Positions 37,403 to 52,000 of a stretch of 64,000 nt of DNA are shown piece after piece (the first letter of the stretch is position 1; each line of letters begins with the position of its first letter). A program made the translations under genes and the position numbers. The stretch lies in NCBI RefSeq assembly GCF_964204645.1, contig NC_134031.1, positions 12,278,088 to 12,342,087 on the forward strand, in the 5' to 3' direction. Under the pieces are notes generated by a model that saw nothing but the letters and a program-made list of their open reading frames with translations, was not told the origin of the DNA and ran no database searches. Source of the DNA: Tubulanus polymorphus. Lineage: Eukaryota > Animalia > Nemertea.

Positions 37403-39951
37403 TTAGGGTTTTCTGTTACATCACAGAAAACCCTATTGAGATTCGCGTGTTTCTTCTTATTATTATTTTATGTCACACTATTTTCACTAAAAGAACTAAG
37501 GCTTTGTTACCTTGCCGCTGTTGTCGATACAATCCGTATGATATCGTTCAGCTCACTGAGATCTACAAATACTCCGCGTTGTTTTTTCACGAATCATCGT
37601 TACAAAAGCACTGTCGGGCCATAAACATCGAAAATTTAGCCCTTTTAATGGGGCGACATGTTTTTCGAGTCGTCATCCCAAAATCAAACCGCAGGCCGAT
37701 ATTCACTTCGATTATCAATTCAAGTATAAATGAACTAATTTATTGCCGCAGAAAACAGTTATTTTAACAATAGCCCATTTTCCTCATCAAATCGTATTAC
37801 CGATACACTGGAAATTTACCACTTTAGATTTTAAAGCACTGTCGAGCCGTAAACATCGACGAATCGACGTGTGTCACTACATCATCGTCGTTCCGTGGAT
37901 CAGCTGCCAGTTTCTCCTCATCATGAGAATCAAATCGAGTACAAATTAATTTATTACTACCAGTGATTTGGCTACGGGTTTCAAGGAGTTAGTTTAACAA
38001 TACCTATTTTTCATTACCAAATTAACCGCGTATTTACTAAGATAACTCCTTAGTGTACTGGGGAGTCATAGGCCTAAACTAAATACGCCGAAGAGATATA
38101 GCGGAGAAAAGCTGTTATGTCGACGAGGTATCAAAATGAAAGAATATGTTACTTTATTCGGCCGCGGGCTTCAACCTCTATATCAATACCATCAATACTC
38201 TATATTTGCTACGGAACAAACCGATCGTTGTCAAATGCACAAGGTTTTTACTAAATACAAGATTATAACACACTCCTATCCGTATGCTGGATTCACACTT
38301 GACATTCGGAGTAAGCGTTCGCTGTGGGGGAAAGGAGATCGTTCGCTGTGTCGCTTGAAGATTTTATTGAGTTTTACGCGACCTTAAGGCGTTAGGCCTA
38401 CCGGTATTGACCTTTAATGTCTGGATGTTAGGTCTACACATATACATAGGCCTACATAAGCTGGTAGCCTCTACTAGGTTAAAGCTAAGTTCACTGTAAA
38501 TGAGGAATCTGATTTATTAAAATGCATGTGTAATTAGTGATTAACTGGTTCTGACTTGCAATGATCAATCACAATTATCAATTTCATTGGCAAAAATGAA
38601 GATTTTTTTTAAAAATTTCCTCTGAGCAGACAGCTTTATAAGCCAGACCATTTGATTTTTTTCATCATAAATGAAACTGGTATTTCATTAATTGCTTATG
38701 ACTTAAGCTGGACGTAGGTCGGCTTTGCGACAGCTTGTGACTCACTGCGACGCCATTCACTTCGACCGCCAGCGACGATTGTGTCGCAACGACTCATTGA
38801 CCTACGCTCCCTTGCGACGGGTTGCGACTGTCAGCAACACCAATCACAAAGAGTCGCACGTGTTCTACTTTCTGCGACCCGACACGACTGTCACAACCGA
38901 CCTACGCACTCTTGCGACTGGCAGAAACTATAGTCGCAAACAGTTGCTGACAATCGTATCGCAACCGACTCTCACCGAAACTTGCGATGCAACGCAATGA
39001 TCGCATCGAGTCGCAAGGCCGACCTACGTCCGGCTTTAAGTTACTGCGGAGGACTAGAAATATCTTCTTTTTCATTCAAAAGACCTTTCACTTGAAAATT
39101 CTTTCATCTGAACAAAATTTATTTCGTTCGAACTAATAATATTCTGTTCGATTGAACCAATTTGAAAAAATGGTAAGAACAAAGCTGAACAAACTTTTTT
39201 CTGTCCAAACGAAAGGTTTTTCGTTCAAACAATCGTTCGATCGAACAGGATCGTTTTAATTTGAACAGAATTTTCTTGTCGGATCATTAAGTTTTTCGTT
39301 CAAACAAGTATATTGTAAAAAGTTTTTTCTCCGCATCAAAAGTATTGAGTAGTCCGTTCAATCGAAAAGAATTGTTTTCATTCAAACATTCATTCGAAAA
39401 AAATTGTTTTCCCTCAACCAAATTTTTTGCCGGGAAAAAAGTTTTTCATTTCAACAATAACATAGCTTTTTATTCGAACACATTTTTTGTCAGAATGAAG
39501 AAAAGTTTTGGTTCAAACAAAAAGCATATTGTTCGATCAAACAGAATTGTTTTCATTCGAACAAGATTTTCTTGTCGGAACATTAAGTTTTTGGGTCAAA
39601 CAGCGTGTTAAGTTCGTTTTGGAAATTTACTCGGTCCGGCATATTTTGGATTACCGTGTATGTCATTTGTCAGGACATTAAATAGAAGACGACTTAGGGT
39701 ACTACCTAGCATGACTCCACTAGTTAGACCGACTTATTCAAAGATGAGGCGTTCCGTTAATTTCGGCTACAAGTTTTCATTCAGAGATAACTGCTGAGCC
39801 ATTTTGGCGATCTATCATTGATACTGTTTCCTAATAGCCTGTTTAGTAATAGCTGATGTTGTGCCTTATCAAATGCTTTGTCCAAATCCACCGTTGAACA
39901 GGATTCTAAGACTGTGCAGAAAACCCGTTATCGCTGCTTTGCAGCTATATT
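37403..39951 (+). mobile_element. HINE family A copy 2, inserted in polB
   Basis: Colinear with 27066-29712 and has the same termini. The empty site is visible in the PolB paralog at about 9255-9290. Confidence 0.87.
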
Positions 39952-41039
39952 ATTGTGGTTATTTTCTGTTCTAAAAAATAAATCGATTTGTTTCATCCAC
40001 ATATCATGATTTTCATAATATAATATATCTATAACACCATTTGAATCATAATCTTTTGATAAATACAAAGGCTCTAATGTAAAATGTTCAATTTTATTGC
40101 CTTTTGTATTTAGTAATTTGAATAAATCGAATACATTTATTTTTAGATCATTATCTCTTTCTATTTTTGGGATATTTTTATTTCTAACAGGATAATTATC
40201 TATCTTATAATTATTTTCAAATTGTTTATAATTTGTTAATCTAAAACTATGTGTAATATCTTCTGTTGGATGTAAGCAACTAATTATTGTCCATAAAAAT
40301 CCTTTATCATCTTCATTTTGTACATTTATAACAGCATTAGTTTAAATGGTAGTTTAATATAACTTGATCCATTTATATTATCATCTTTATAATATGATTA
40401 TGAGAATTTATATTATATATTGGTTTATCATCAGATTTTATAAATTTAACTTAAGAAGATATACTAATTACGTCTGTTATTATTTCTATAATATTTTTCA
40501 TATTTTCTAAATGTTTTACCTTTATGAAATTTAAATTCAATAGCAGCTGGTCCAATATCACTTTTGAATGCTTCGGTTATTTCTATTTCTTTTTTATCAT
40601 CTAATGAATTAATATAATTTCTTACATCTTCCATGTATGGTCTTTTATTGTTTGATTTATTTTTTATTCTTTTAATTGTCTTCTGTTTCTTATCATTATC
40701 TTTATCAAAATAATCTTCACCTAAAATATCATTATTGATATTTCTAATATGATTTTAAGATTTTGAATGTTCTTTATAATATCTTTTATCACTGAATGAT
40801 TGATTACATGTATCACATTTGTATGTTTCTTTTTCATTCTTTAATTCATCTAATTTAGTTTCTAATATATCATCTTTATATTCTAACCTTAATTTATTTT
40901 CTAAGTGTGAGTTAGTTTTATTATGTCTTGTTTTTTGAGATTTATCTATATTGATTTTACATGTCGGACCGTAGTACTTCTTATTTGCTTCCATTTTAAT
41001 ATCAAATTTTTTATTAAAATTGATTTTAGAAGTTATTCA

Positions 41040-41310
41040 TGTTCGTATATATGAATATTTTAAGAGTACTTATGATGAATTACCATGTCTTGTAAAAACT
41101 ACATTGCAACTTTTGCTTGGTTTGAAAATTAACCCCAAAGTTTAGCCCATGAGGCGATCCTGTTTAGATCTTCTTTAATTATAGTATCGCAGTGATTTGG
41201 GTTTTTTGGTCAACAGCATAGAAAATAGAGGTGTCATCTGCATACAGAAATACTGAAAGAGTTAACTAGCATTGGTATGAGATCAACTAATCATAGAAGA
41301 TACATCAAGA
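41040..41310 (-). pseudogene. CR1-like LINE RT fragment at the broken right edge of the Polinton
   Basis: FLYADDTSIFYA...WAKLWGLIFKPSKSCNVVFTR (one frameshift). Confidence 0.7.
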
Positions 41311-41586
41311 ATTACAGGCTGTATTACAAGTGGGTATTGAGTAAAATAAGATGAGACATAATAATTGAAAACTGATCATCAATTTTCATCATAATAATTG
41401 ATTAAAAAACATATCCCCTTGCATTTAAGACTGACAAAAAAAAAGAGGAACTGTCTGAAATATGTTAACATTTTCAAGATTGTTTGATCAATATAATTCT
41501 CTCACCTTCCAAGGTAATAATCTTTATGCTTTCAATCTTTGAAATTGCAGTAATTGCCAAGTAATCTAGGTGGTTTTTGTAATTAC

Positions 41587-41717
41587 CTGTCTCCTTTTGT
41601 TGACAACAACTATGTTTTAACTGAGTAAGATAAAAACCCAGTGGGTCCTCTAACTGTTCTCCATCATGTATGAAGACGAATTCATGATTGGCTGGCACGG
41701 CAAATAGAGAATGGTTG
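41587..41717 (-). CDS. smg8: SMG8 coding exon
   Basis: Polypyrimidine tract with tttcag acceptor, donor gtaatt. Encodes (S)NHSLFAVPANHEFVFIHDGEQLEDPLGFYLTQLKHSCCQQKET(G), cf. SMG8 NCLFTVPANQAFVYI...EDPVG. Phase 2 in and phase 1 out, compatible with both neighbouring exons. Confidence 0.9.
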
Positions 41718-41934
41718 CTGAAAATACAAAAGATAAAAGCAGTGATGACAAATTTTCTGCATTGCCACCAGTATTGTTTAACAACACTAAAATAACTGTT
41801 TCGGTAAAGAAAATTGGACTGAATTGAATTAATTTGACATTGAATGGCGGACTTGACTAATGTTTGTCACGCTAACTTGTGTCTGCATAGTCAGATCATA
41901 GTGTGGATGAACCAAGTAACTGCAAAATCCTGAA

Positions 41935-44900
41935 AGGCTATTCTGCACTCTGAAAGCCCTGAATGGTCAAAATCGGTATTTTTTGTCATGTATTTTTTGA
42001 TCCTTTAAAATTTTAAAAATCAACGATTTGAAAACGAATTGGAATACTTGAAAAGCGTACGCAGTACCGTAAGTCAAGTACCCAAAAATGAGTCTTCAGC
42101 TTTCAGAAAGGCCACTAATAAAATAACATTGCCATAGTACATGTTTTTCTCACAAAAACAGCATTATAGGGATTTTTCAGGTGAAGGCTACCTGAATCTT
42201 TTCGGTAAAAGTGCAGATCGGCACCTATATTGATTGACACAATCTACTGAATTACAATTTTTGGGCCAGTTTTTATTTCAGAATCGTGACGATCTTTCAA
42301 AGGACGCCATATTGGATTGGGAAATCTAAGGTTAACATTTTTCTAAAGTATTTGCTGAAACGATGTGAGGGTATCAGTGCATAAAACCAGGTAAATGTAA
42401 TGAGATGGAATACGGACGCTATTATACATCTCTCGTCGAATGTGTGTTGTAATTGTCCTAAAGCTGATAACGGTTCGTCGGCAAGTGCTTTGTTACGTAA
42501 TGCACTGATAAGTGATAACCAGCGAGATCAGGTAGCTCCATCATAATTCGGTTGCTTCCGCTCTGTTAAAAATGGAGACGGTGTGTCATTGTATTCAACG
42601 TAAGTATAGACGATTTAGAAGATCTTTTCTTTGATAGTGACGAATTGGTTCAGATCGATGTGGGTGTATTATGCATGGGAATCCTCTGGATCAATCAATT
42701 CGGCCGATGCTAGTGAGTGTGATACTTTATTTCAGAGATTTAATTTCTTATTCTATACATTTTGGTTGTAGTCTGTGCAAAATGCTCCATTATCCTAGAA
42801 CAATTCCTTTTGAATCAATGAAATGTACGAATAGTTTCCATCTAATTGCAGGCACTTTATTTTTTCCTTTTCTTTTTCATATAGGCCTAGATACTTTTCA
42901 GACTCTGCTGACCAGAGACCACAATCTGAACACGAGAAAATACACATACATGTATTTTCTATAATTATTTTTCATAATCAATACAATCCTTTTAGGTTAT
43001 AAAATAATAAACAAATACACTGGCTTAGGAATAACATACTTTCGAACTGCTATAATTTTCGCAGGGACTCTATATATTTGCAAAAAGGCTATGACGGCAG
43101 TGATCAACCATCGGGTGTTAGAATTCAGTTTACATAGAATGACAGCAGTACACTATGGAAAATTGATTAATTAAATTTTGAATGACTCCTTCACATGGTT
43201 TTGCAAATCGTTCTCATTGAAAGGACGGTGATCCGGAAGTTTTGCATTTTCTCCACACAAACGACAAGGATCCATGTCTAAAAAACAAGAAAAAGCTAAT
43301 TAAATATCAGGCAGAGAAAAAAAATTGTTTTCAATCATTAAGAAATTGTCTTAGAACGAAAGAAAAAAATCAAAATAAATTTGTATATATTGACTACATA
43401 GGAGGATAAGTATACAAAATGGAATAAAAAAATCAATACTGTACAATTCTCCTCAATAAAGGTTTAAGAAAGATCTACGCATGTCTTTGTTGATATTTAT
43501 CTGCACTTAAAAATTACATTTTCTCATGTTATGTGGAAATATATACAGAGCGGGGATGGAAAGAAAGCATAAAAATAAGACGGAAAGCATAAAAATAAAA
43601 CTTACTTTTATTATTTCAAAATCTGGCGATGGTTACCATGAACCAGGCTATAAAAATGGCTAGTATTACTGTACTGTGTAAGTGTAGGCCTAATTTTAGT
43701 GTTATTAAATGACATTATTATGTAGTGAATACACATCTTAAAGATCATGATTTGTGTAGTGTATAAGTTTGTGTCGTATCATAGCAACATGACATTTTCA
43801 AGCCCCAAATAACACTTAACCCGGAATCATAATGAACTGTCAAAAAGATATGTTTAACACATAAAACAGACTTTAATCACACATTAAAAGCGTAATGTTT
43901 CGGAGATATAGAAAAGTAAAAATACATACCTATTTGGACAAATTTTATGAGAAAGTGTTGAATTTGAACTGATTTTCTACAGAAAAATACGTGAATGTGC
44001 AGACACTTCCTTGTCGTTCAATGAACTGCAGTGGGAATGCGTAGCATCCATCGCAGAACATTTATCGGGCTAAAACTATTGCGGGTTGTTCTGTTCAAAA
44101 ATGGATCACCGATGAGTAGCGACCAGTATTCAGCAGGTAACACACCCTCGATACTTGTTGAGTCACTTATAACTCAGATATTAGTATCAATTCAAACAAG
44201 GTGCCCATGGGTACTGTTAGATTCGGCGCAGAAGTTAGTGAATTGAAGGAGTTAATCATATCCACCATACTAGACCATACATTGGTTTAGTAAGGTGATC
44301 TATTAGCTTATACTTGACAAAAAAGGAAATGCATGTTATAATAGTATAAGGTTTTAAATGAAAAACAGTTGTTTATACAAGGAAGAGAAGGTAAATATGT
44401 AACACACTTTTAAGTAGGACTAATAGAAATACAAGCCTTAAGTAGGCCTTTGAAATGAAATACATGTAATAATTATAGATAATTAGCCTCCTTATGAATT
44501 AAAAGGTTTCGTTTAATCAAAAGCATCTCAGATGTCATATTTATATTTTTGTTGCAAAAGCTGAAATCAAATCTAGCTGTATCGGGAGATGAGAAAGTAT
44601 TCTAAGTTCCATACAAACTCTCATAATTTTCAGGATTCAAAGCCAAGACCTAAGGCTAAAAAATTGATACATTATGTCTCCACTCTTTGTCAAGCTTTAA
44701 AGTTGACCCAGCCGACCACCTATCTACCCTGTACATTACTTTAAACCATGAGCAATAAAATTTTACCATAACATAACCGGCACTTTTGGAAATGAACCTA
44801 TTACAAAGTTATAACATTCTACAACTAACCTATTACAGAGTTTGTAATATTTTACACAACTTAAGATTCTTTCTTTGTGGTCGGATTAGGAACAAGTTCC

Positions 44901-45630
44901 ACATTCAAACGACTTTTTCATCCTTTCTCAACCTTCAGTAACTCAGTTCAACATGAACGTGTGAGTGACATTTATCCACCGGACAGAAGCGACAGTCTAC
45001 GTTCGCTCGAAGTATCATTCTAACAGCATGCAGTTTAAACCACACCGTACTATTAAAATGCACGCAGTTCGCATCATAAACCTCAGCGTCAAGCCGTAGC
45101 GCAAGAAAGATGCTGAAGGTCAACAAGACGGATCCCACACAGAGGCAGAGTCAGAGTCATACCGAGTTAGCAGCATCAATGGATATTCGAATTCAACTAT
45201 ATACTACACAAAATTGGTCCACCTGTATGGTGTTTTTAATGCAAATTGGAATTGTTTATAATTCATCTGCATATCAATACAAACGTTTTTTTCGTCAAGA
45301 TGACCCGGGGCGAATGCATAATTAATTTTAGTTCAAATATTTTCAAACAAATCTTTTTTTATTCACAGAATATCCTTTATCTAAAGATTTACAGTCCTCG
45401 TCAATTTTATTTTTTCTTTTGTACTTTTCTTATTGAATAATCTTATATGGTGTATCATTATCATGAATATATAAAAAGCCTACTCGTAAATTCGACAGCA
45501 AATGTTGAACAAATCCGCTCATGTTGTGTTTACGTATGTAGATCAAGATGACATCACACTACATTGCTAAAAATCCGCAAAAACAGCATAAAATTGCCAA
45601 TTTACCCAATTTAGGCTTCACGAATAGCCT
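41935..45630. mobile_element. Possible old Kolobok-type element
   Basis: Short TIR aggctattc / gaatagcct flanked by tgaa / tcaa (degenerate TTAA). No recognisable coding remnant. Confidence 0.3.
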
Positions 45631-46202
45631 TCAAAAGCAGTCGCCACTTAGCTGCCATTATAACAGCCAACTTAATGCAGAACTTAGCCCGTGAATCATT
45701 TCACACTCGGAGGAGATAGCGGTCAACACCAATTCAACACTCCGTTTTATACGAATAGAATCAGCTGGGCTGAATCTAACAATGGCTTTTCTCCACACAA
45801 TTCCTAACTTTCTGCCTTGTCAAACACTAATTACTTACTCAATAATTTACTCAATTAACCTGTTCTCCTCTGTATATATACCGTTTTTAGTAAATATCTC
45901 ACACAAGGCAATGATCTCTAGGGTGAGATCGAAACGTCGTGTATTTTATATTTTATACATTTTGAATACCCGGTAAATAAATTCTCGATTTCAAAATTCT
46001 TTTGATTTTTACAGTGGGTTTTTACGTTAGTATCCATTCACCACGTTTGAATGTGGTTATTGTACTTTATTGTTTCAGCAAATATCTTAAACAAATCTTC
46101 ACTTTAGATTTACCCATCCAATATGGTTCAAAAATCGTAACGATCTAAGGCTAAAAATCAACTCCAGGCTAAAAATCAACTTTCTAGTGAAGATATCATG
46201 AA

Positions 46203-46230
46203 AACAAGAGCCCCAAGGGGCTTGACGTGG
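46203..46230 (-). mobile_element. 3' terminus of another HINE-like element (extent undetermined)
   Basis: aacaag followed by hairpin agccccaaggggct, the same architecture as 7413 and 10266. Confidence 0.45.
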
Positions 46231-48737
46231 CAGCTTCACTAATTATAAATGACCTGTCAATCAATCAATTTCATATTTCAAATATGCTAGAAGGGCATAT
46301 CTAGGAACCGATCCACGGATCCATGAACATTGAAAAGGGCAAGTTAAGTATCCAAGCAGTCAAAACAAGGGTTTAAAAATATGAATTTCAGTGCAATTTT
46401 ATACAATGTCTAGGTACTGAGACTTCTTATTAGATGCTGGTGGAAAAAATGCCCCGAAAAATATTGCTCTTGTATTGTTCAAAGGGCATAGGAAAATATA
46501 TTGTGACAGGAGCACGCACACGTGCTTGTTGTGTTCCCGCCTGAATCTGCCACCGAGGTCTTTATTAGATCATTTCCATGACTTTTTTTGCAGAAACTTC
46601 GTTAGGAAAGATAGGAATTACCTTAAAGAGTGATGGAAACACATCATGTTCAGGGGGTCCATGCATTAATATTTAAGAAAGTAAACTTTAATAGCTGAAC
46701 CAAGTAAACTTTATCAAAATCTGTCAAATGAAACAATCTCAGCATTATACACCCCTTATACGCGTAATAATGCATGAATCATCATGAATATAAAAGTGGT
46801 AGTGGGTTTTCCGCAATGACTAAAAGATAGACATGCTCCGTACAGCATAAACCGCTAATGCTGAATGATTTCGTTTACGTATAACATACACTGTGTATGG
46901 AATTAAAATGAAGTTTGCTAGACAATTTATTGTTATACATTGAACAATTATCAAGATTCATTGCCTCTTTTTAGATTTCAACTTATTGTTTATTTAGCCA
47001 ATCAGCGCGCATTAAAAAATATTGAGCCCGGACGCTTTCTTGGCGGAGGCTCTAACACACTTCACAGAGGTTCACACCCGGAGAAAATAGGCAACCAAAA
47101 TATTACCTCAATCAACAATTTCTTTCACTTTCACATGTGGAACCTGGGCCATTTTACCTTCAATAATCATGGTCGGGCCTACCCAACCGATGTTTGCTTC
47201 CGATGTGTCTGTTAGATGCGTGTTCTTTGATCACAGGTGCGTCGACATGTATCACATTTACATTTACACGCTTGACATGTACATGTTACAGGATAAAAAA
47301 CACCCGCAGTGAAAAGATTGCAATTTTTGCAAATTTTGAGAATTGCATAAATGCGGCTAGAGCTTATCGACTTGGAGCAAAACTTTTGTTGGAAGATTTA
47401 AAGGACCACTAATTAATGATGAAAATGCTTGTTTGAAATCAAATTTCTCTCAGCTGTTACAGCAGCTCAGCGAAATTTCGCTGATAACATTTTATTTTAG
47501 TGCAAAGCCAGTGCAGTATACAGCTCCTGCGGGGCTGTCGGCAGCAGACCTGCCGCTAAAAGCGATGTACTGAATTGCTGATGACAATTTGTCTTTGAAA
47601 TGGTAATATCTAATGTTATTGATTGAACCATTTACGAGAGGTGGTGATCTGCACTTTTACCATCTTTTCTAGCCAATCCAAATCAAGGAGTTGCAGGCGG
47701 TTGCCCTTGTAGTCCAATAAATCTAATGAAAATTCTGACCCAACCCGGAAGAAATTGCAAATGAATTTAAACCTATTTACATTTTGTACTTAAGGACGGG
47801 CCATATAACATACTAAAAGTCTTCCACTGAATATTTGGTGGAACCATGAATTTTTCACGGTTGAATCTTAACTAGGTGGCAAACATGAGAATGCGCTAAG
47901 CGACAGACGTTGTTCTACTGAGGCAACCAAACGTCATATTTCCATATATTTGGTATCAAATTACATGTTTTTTATCCCGCTCTTTTATTTAAACATGTTT
48001 CTATGAACCAGATATGTGTCTTAATGCATTTTTTAGCAGTACCCCTACCCCTAAGCCCATAATTTTATGACATGTTCACCCGTCGTTATGTGTCACTGCC
48101 AACATATATGAGTCAAATCCATATTCATTTTTTTCCCTGCTCGTTTTAACAATCCAAATGCAATAGACATAAATAAAACACTTATAAAGTAAACATATAG
48201 ATTTTTTAGGGGTCAAATCATAAACAGGCAAGTATAGCTGACATTAAAAACCAGAACAGAAAATGATTTCAGGTAGCAACCATACATCGCATTTTCACAG
48301 ATTCCCTATTGACTACCATGTTCTCCAACCCAATCTTTCATTTAAACTTATTTCTAATAGTCTATTATATGTTCTAATACCATTTTTGACAATACCCCTA
48401 CCCTAACTGATAATTTAAATGAGGTCGAATTGTCATTAGGTGTCAATATGTGAACGTTTTCCAAAGTAGTGTCGCATGTAAATACGTATACTTTTGTGTT
48501 CCTCCATCATGTCCAAACACAATTTCTGGAAGTACCCCTACCCATTAACTAAAATATAAAATAGACTTAAAATCATTTGTAATAACCACATGCGTTGATA
48601 TCAGTAGTAAACTTTCACCTAAAGACCATAGAAGGCAATCCAGATAAATCGTTAAAACGAAACGGTATGTATACATAATTTGTGTGCATTGGATTAACAA
48701 TTAGAATTGGTGTCGTATTTTTCAGAGTCAACATGGA

Positions 48738-48923
48738 TGTAAGAAATGTTTGAAAATTAATAATGTTAAACTGTGTACTACACGGTAGCGCCATCTGGCG
48801 TCTTGTGTTCGAAATAAAGATGGAGAAATCCCACCAACAGAAAATATGATGATCCGAGTTTGATGCTTAAAACTAGTCGGAGAAGGGGAACTCGCTTATA
48901 AATACCAGCAAAAGAACATTACA
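48738..48923 (+). repeat. 5' LTR
   Basis: tgtaagaaatg...aacattaca, followed directly by the PBS. Confidence 0.95.
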
Positions 48924-49059
48924 TGGTCCCTCGAACCGGATTGCTGTGAGAAAGTGAGTAAATAAATTGAACCAGAGAAAAAATTGCATCTAGTAGAATG
49001 AACACGCTGACGAAGAATTTATGTGACCTTGACCTTCAATAGTGAAACTAAGTTGAAAA

Positions 49060-52000
49060 ATGGATGAAATTAGAAAGAAAATAAAAACCCGAGGAGGTCA
49101 AAGGGCTTCAAGTACAAAATTATTAAATGATGCCGACAAAATCATCAGTGATTTTCAAACATCAGATCCTGAAAAGGTCCTAGCTCTCGCATCCTTGAGC
49201 ACCATGCTTGGTGAAAAGATGGCCACTCTTAAAAGAATTGACGCAGAAATCCTAGATTTAATGAGTGGAGAGGACAGCTTTGTAGATATGGAGGCTGAAA
49301 TAACAGCAGCGGATGAGTGGACGCTTAAATTGAGAAAATATATTTTGAAAGTTGATTCAACACTTGCAACCAATGTAAAACCACAATCTGCGGTCTCCAA
49401 TTGTAGTCCTGTAACTGAGAAAAGGGTTACAGCAGCTGTGAGACTACCGAAGCTGGAATTAAAGAAATTTAACGGAGATATTACAGAATGGTTACCCTTT
49501 TGGAGTTGCTTTAAATCAGCAATTCATGAACGGAACGACATAGAAGATATAGAAAAATTTGCGTATCTTTCTTCAATTCTCTCAAAAAATGCAGCCGATG
49601 CTATCAGCGGATTAACAGTCACCGGAGAAAATTACCCTCACGCAAGAGAAATTTTGCAGTCCCGTTTCGGCAACAAGCAACAAATAATAAATCGTCATAT
49701 GGAAATGCTGTTGAATCTTGATGAAGTTAGCTCGTCAAATCACGTCGACCTTAGAAGACTGTATGACAAAATTGAGAGCCATGTTAGAGGTCTTAAGGCA
49801 TTGGGGATAGAATCGGATTCTTACGGACAACTGCTAACATCTGTGGTCATAAAAAAGTTACCCGCTGGACTTCGACTGATTTTATCAAGATAAATTAGTA
49901 ATGAAGAAAACTGGAACATGGATGCGTTGATGGAGACATTATTTGAAGAAATAAGTGCTCGAGAACGAGCGGGAAATTTGAGTACTCCAAACAGAGATCG
50001 AAATTTGAATAGGCAGAATCAGAATGCTAGAATGTTATATACCGGAGATAATAGTAGGTGGTCAACAGATCCTATTTGTGTATATTGTAAGAAAAAACAT
50101 GATTCTTCAAATTGTCGTACTGTTACAGCGATTCCGTCCAGAAAAGACATTTTGAAGAAAGGTGGCTACTGTTTTATATGTATAAAGAGGAATCATATTG
50201 CTTCAAGATGTCGTTCTAACATGAGGTGTCAAAACTGTAATGGTAGACACCATGTGACTATATGTGAATTTGGCTCGAAGAAAGAATCTAGTAATGGCGA
50301 ACAGTCAAGTCCGAGAGAAAACCAAACACCTAGTCTTGACCAATCAGCTGGAGAGAAAGCTATCTCAGGAGTCTGTTGTTTATCAGCAACGAGTTCTCGG
50401 AAAGTACTCTTACAGACTGCTCAAGCAATAATGCAAGGTGATGATGGGCCAGTGAAAGTCCGAATCCTATTTGACACCGGAAGTCAGAAATCATATATTA
50501 CGAAACGACTGGCTGATAGATTACACCTACAGGTACCGGGCAATCATCGTATGAACATTCAAGTTTTTGGTTCATACACAGATGGTCAGTTTGAGGAGCA
50601 TCCCATAGTAGAATCAAGATTACTGGATACAAACGGCACGGCAATGACTTTTCCACTAGTGGTAGTACCCGTCATATGCACTGGTCTCTCAGTATATGAC
50701 TTGTCAAATTGCAAGAAAATGTTTCCACATCTGGGAGGAGTACATTTTTCAGAATTTTATTACAAAGACGGATCGGTGGATGTGGATATTTTAATCGGAG
50801 CTGACTACTATTGGTCGGTGATGACTGGCGAAGTCAGGCGGAGTAACAGAGGTCCTGTGGCACTGGGAACCAAATTTGGTTGGACATTGTCTGGTCCAAT
50901 CGGAGAATCTGAAACGAATCAATCATCAATGTTGTATTTTATTAACGAGAAAACAGCTAAGAAATCTACCTACAGCAACCATGATGATGATAAACACAAT
51001 AATTTATTGATCACACAACAACGGAATTGTGACTGTCATCAGCTGGAAACTAAGCTTAAGAATTTTTGGTCGATCGAAAATCTTGGTCTTGAAGAAAATA
51101 CTGATGATCCATTATTTGAAGAATTCAAGAAATCTGTCCAGTTTAAGGATGGTAGATACCATGTTAAGTTGCCAAGGCGCGACGTGGATGACTTGATTCT
51201 TCCGGATAATTATGAGCACGCCAAGAAGAGACTTATAAATTTACTGACAAGACTGAGACGATCACCTGACATTTTATCAGAGTATGACAGCGTAATAAAA
51301 GAACAGCTTGACAATAACATAGTTCAGCTAGTAGAAAGTCCGGAAATCGGTGAAGTAGGAAAAGTGCACTATATCCCTCATCAGGCAGTAATACGAAGTG
51401 GTCATTCAACTACGAAACTCCGAATTGTGTATGACGCATCGTGTAAGGCTGATGGACCCTCATTAAATGAGTTACTGCATGCCGGACCTGTGATGACTAA
51501 CAATATTTTGCGTATATTGCTTAGATTTAGAATGAAACCTGTTGCCTTGACAGGAGATATCGAAAAGGCATTTTTGCAGATAATGGTTGATGAAGATGAT
51601 ACTGATGTTCTACGATTCTTATGGGTGAAGGATACTCATGATGAAAATTCGGATGTTATCGTTTTGAAGTTCAATCGAGTAGTTTTTGGTGTAACATCCA
51701 GCCCGTACTTGCTGAACGCTACTCTGAAGTTCCACATGGAAAGTCACGAAGATCAGAAATTTGCTGAAAAGTTTCTACAGTCAGCATATGTTGATGACAC
51801 AAGTTCGAGTTTTGATACCGTCGGTGAAAGTTTTGAGTTCTACCGAGAAACGAAATCATATCTAAAGAAAGCTGGATTCAACTGGCGCAAAATACACACA
51901 AATTCAGTACAGCTCAGAGATTTAATACTTCAACAGGAAGGTGATAGTTCAAACACTACAGACGGAAGCCACGTTGATGAATCCTATGCTCAGCAGACTT

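Larger units (their letters stand above)
30095..40994 (-). pseudogene. polB: Protein-primed family B DNA polymerase (about 1250 codons) in four pieces: 40994-39952, 37402-36983, 35415-33797, 30752-30095
   Basis: N-terminal zinc-finger-like motifs; YGDFES; endonuclease VII-like RDHDHLNGKFRGAAHENCNL; FHNLSGYDAHLFIK; YLKSDVLLLTDIFE; SIRGG; YIDANNLYGWAM; NNAFYGKTCEN; KPIYVG; YFDTDS; KFKDE. Confidence 0.93.
20012..41030. mobile_element. Decayed Polinton/Maverick (adintovirus-like) endogenous viral element
   Basis: AGTAGT terminus at 20012 where the sequence becomes sharply more AT-rich. Densely packed intronless genes include rve integrase, probable penton and protein-primed PolB. Right TIR, major capsid, ATPase and protease not found. 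Confidence 0.92.

Noticed and set aside
28490-39611. Duplicated ORFs 28490/38725 and 29108/39345 as a conserved gene pair
   Set aside because: They are chance frames in the MITE and repeat cargo of two HINE copies, with no protein motifs and non-ATG starts in most.
41030-47700. Right TIR of the Polinton
   Set aside because: No reverse complement of the 20012 terminus (…ctcactact) was found by eye. The element ends at a LINE fragment.
49891-49893. Programmed stop read-through between BEL gag and pol
   Set aside because: The stop falls inside gag before the zinc knuckles, BEL elements normally have one ORF, and other lesions show decay.
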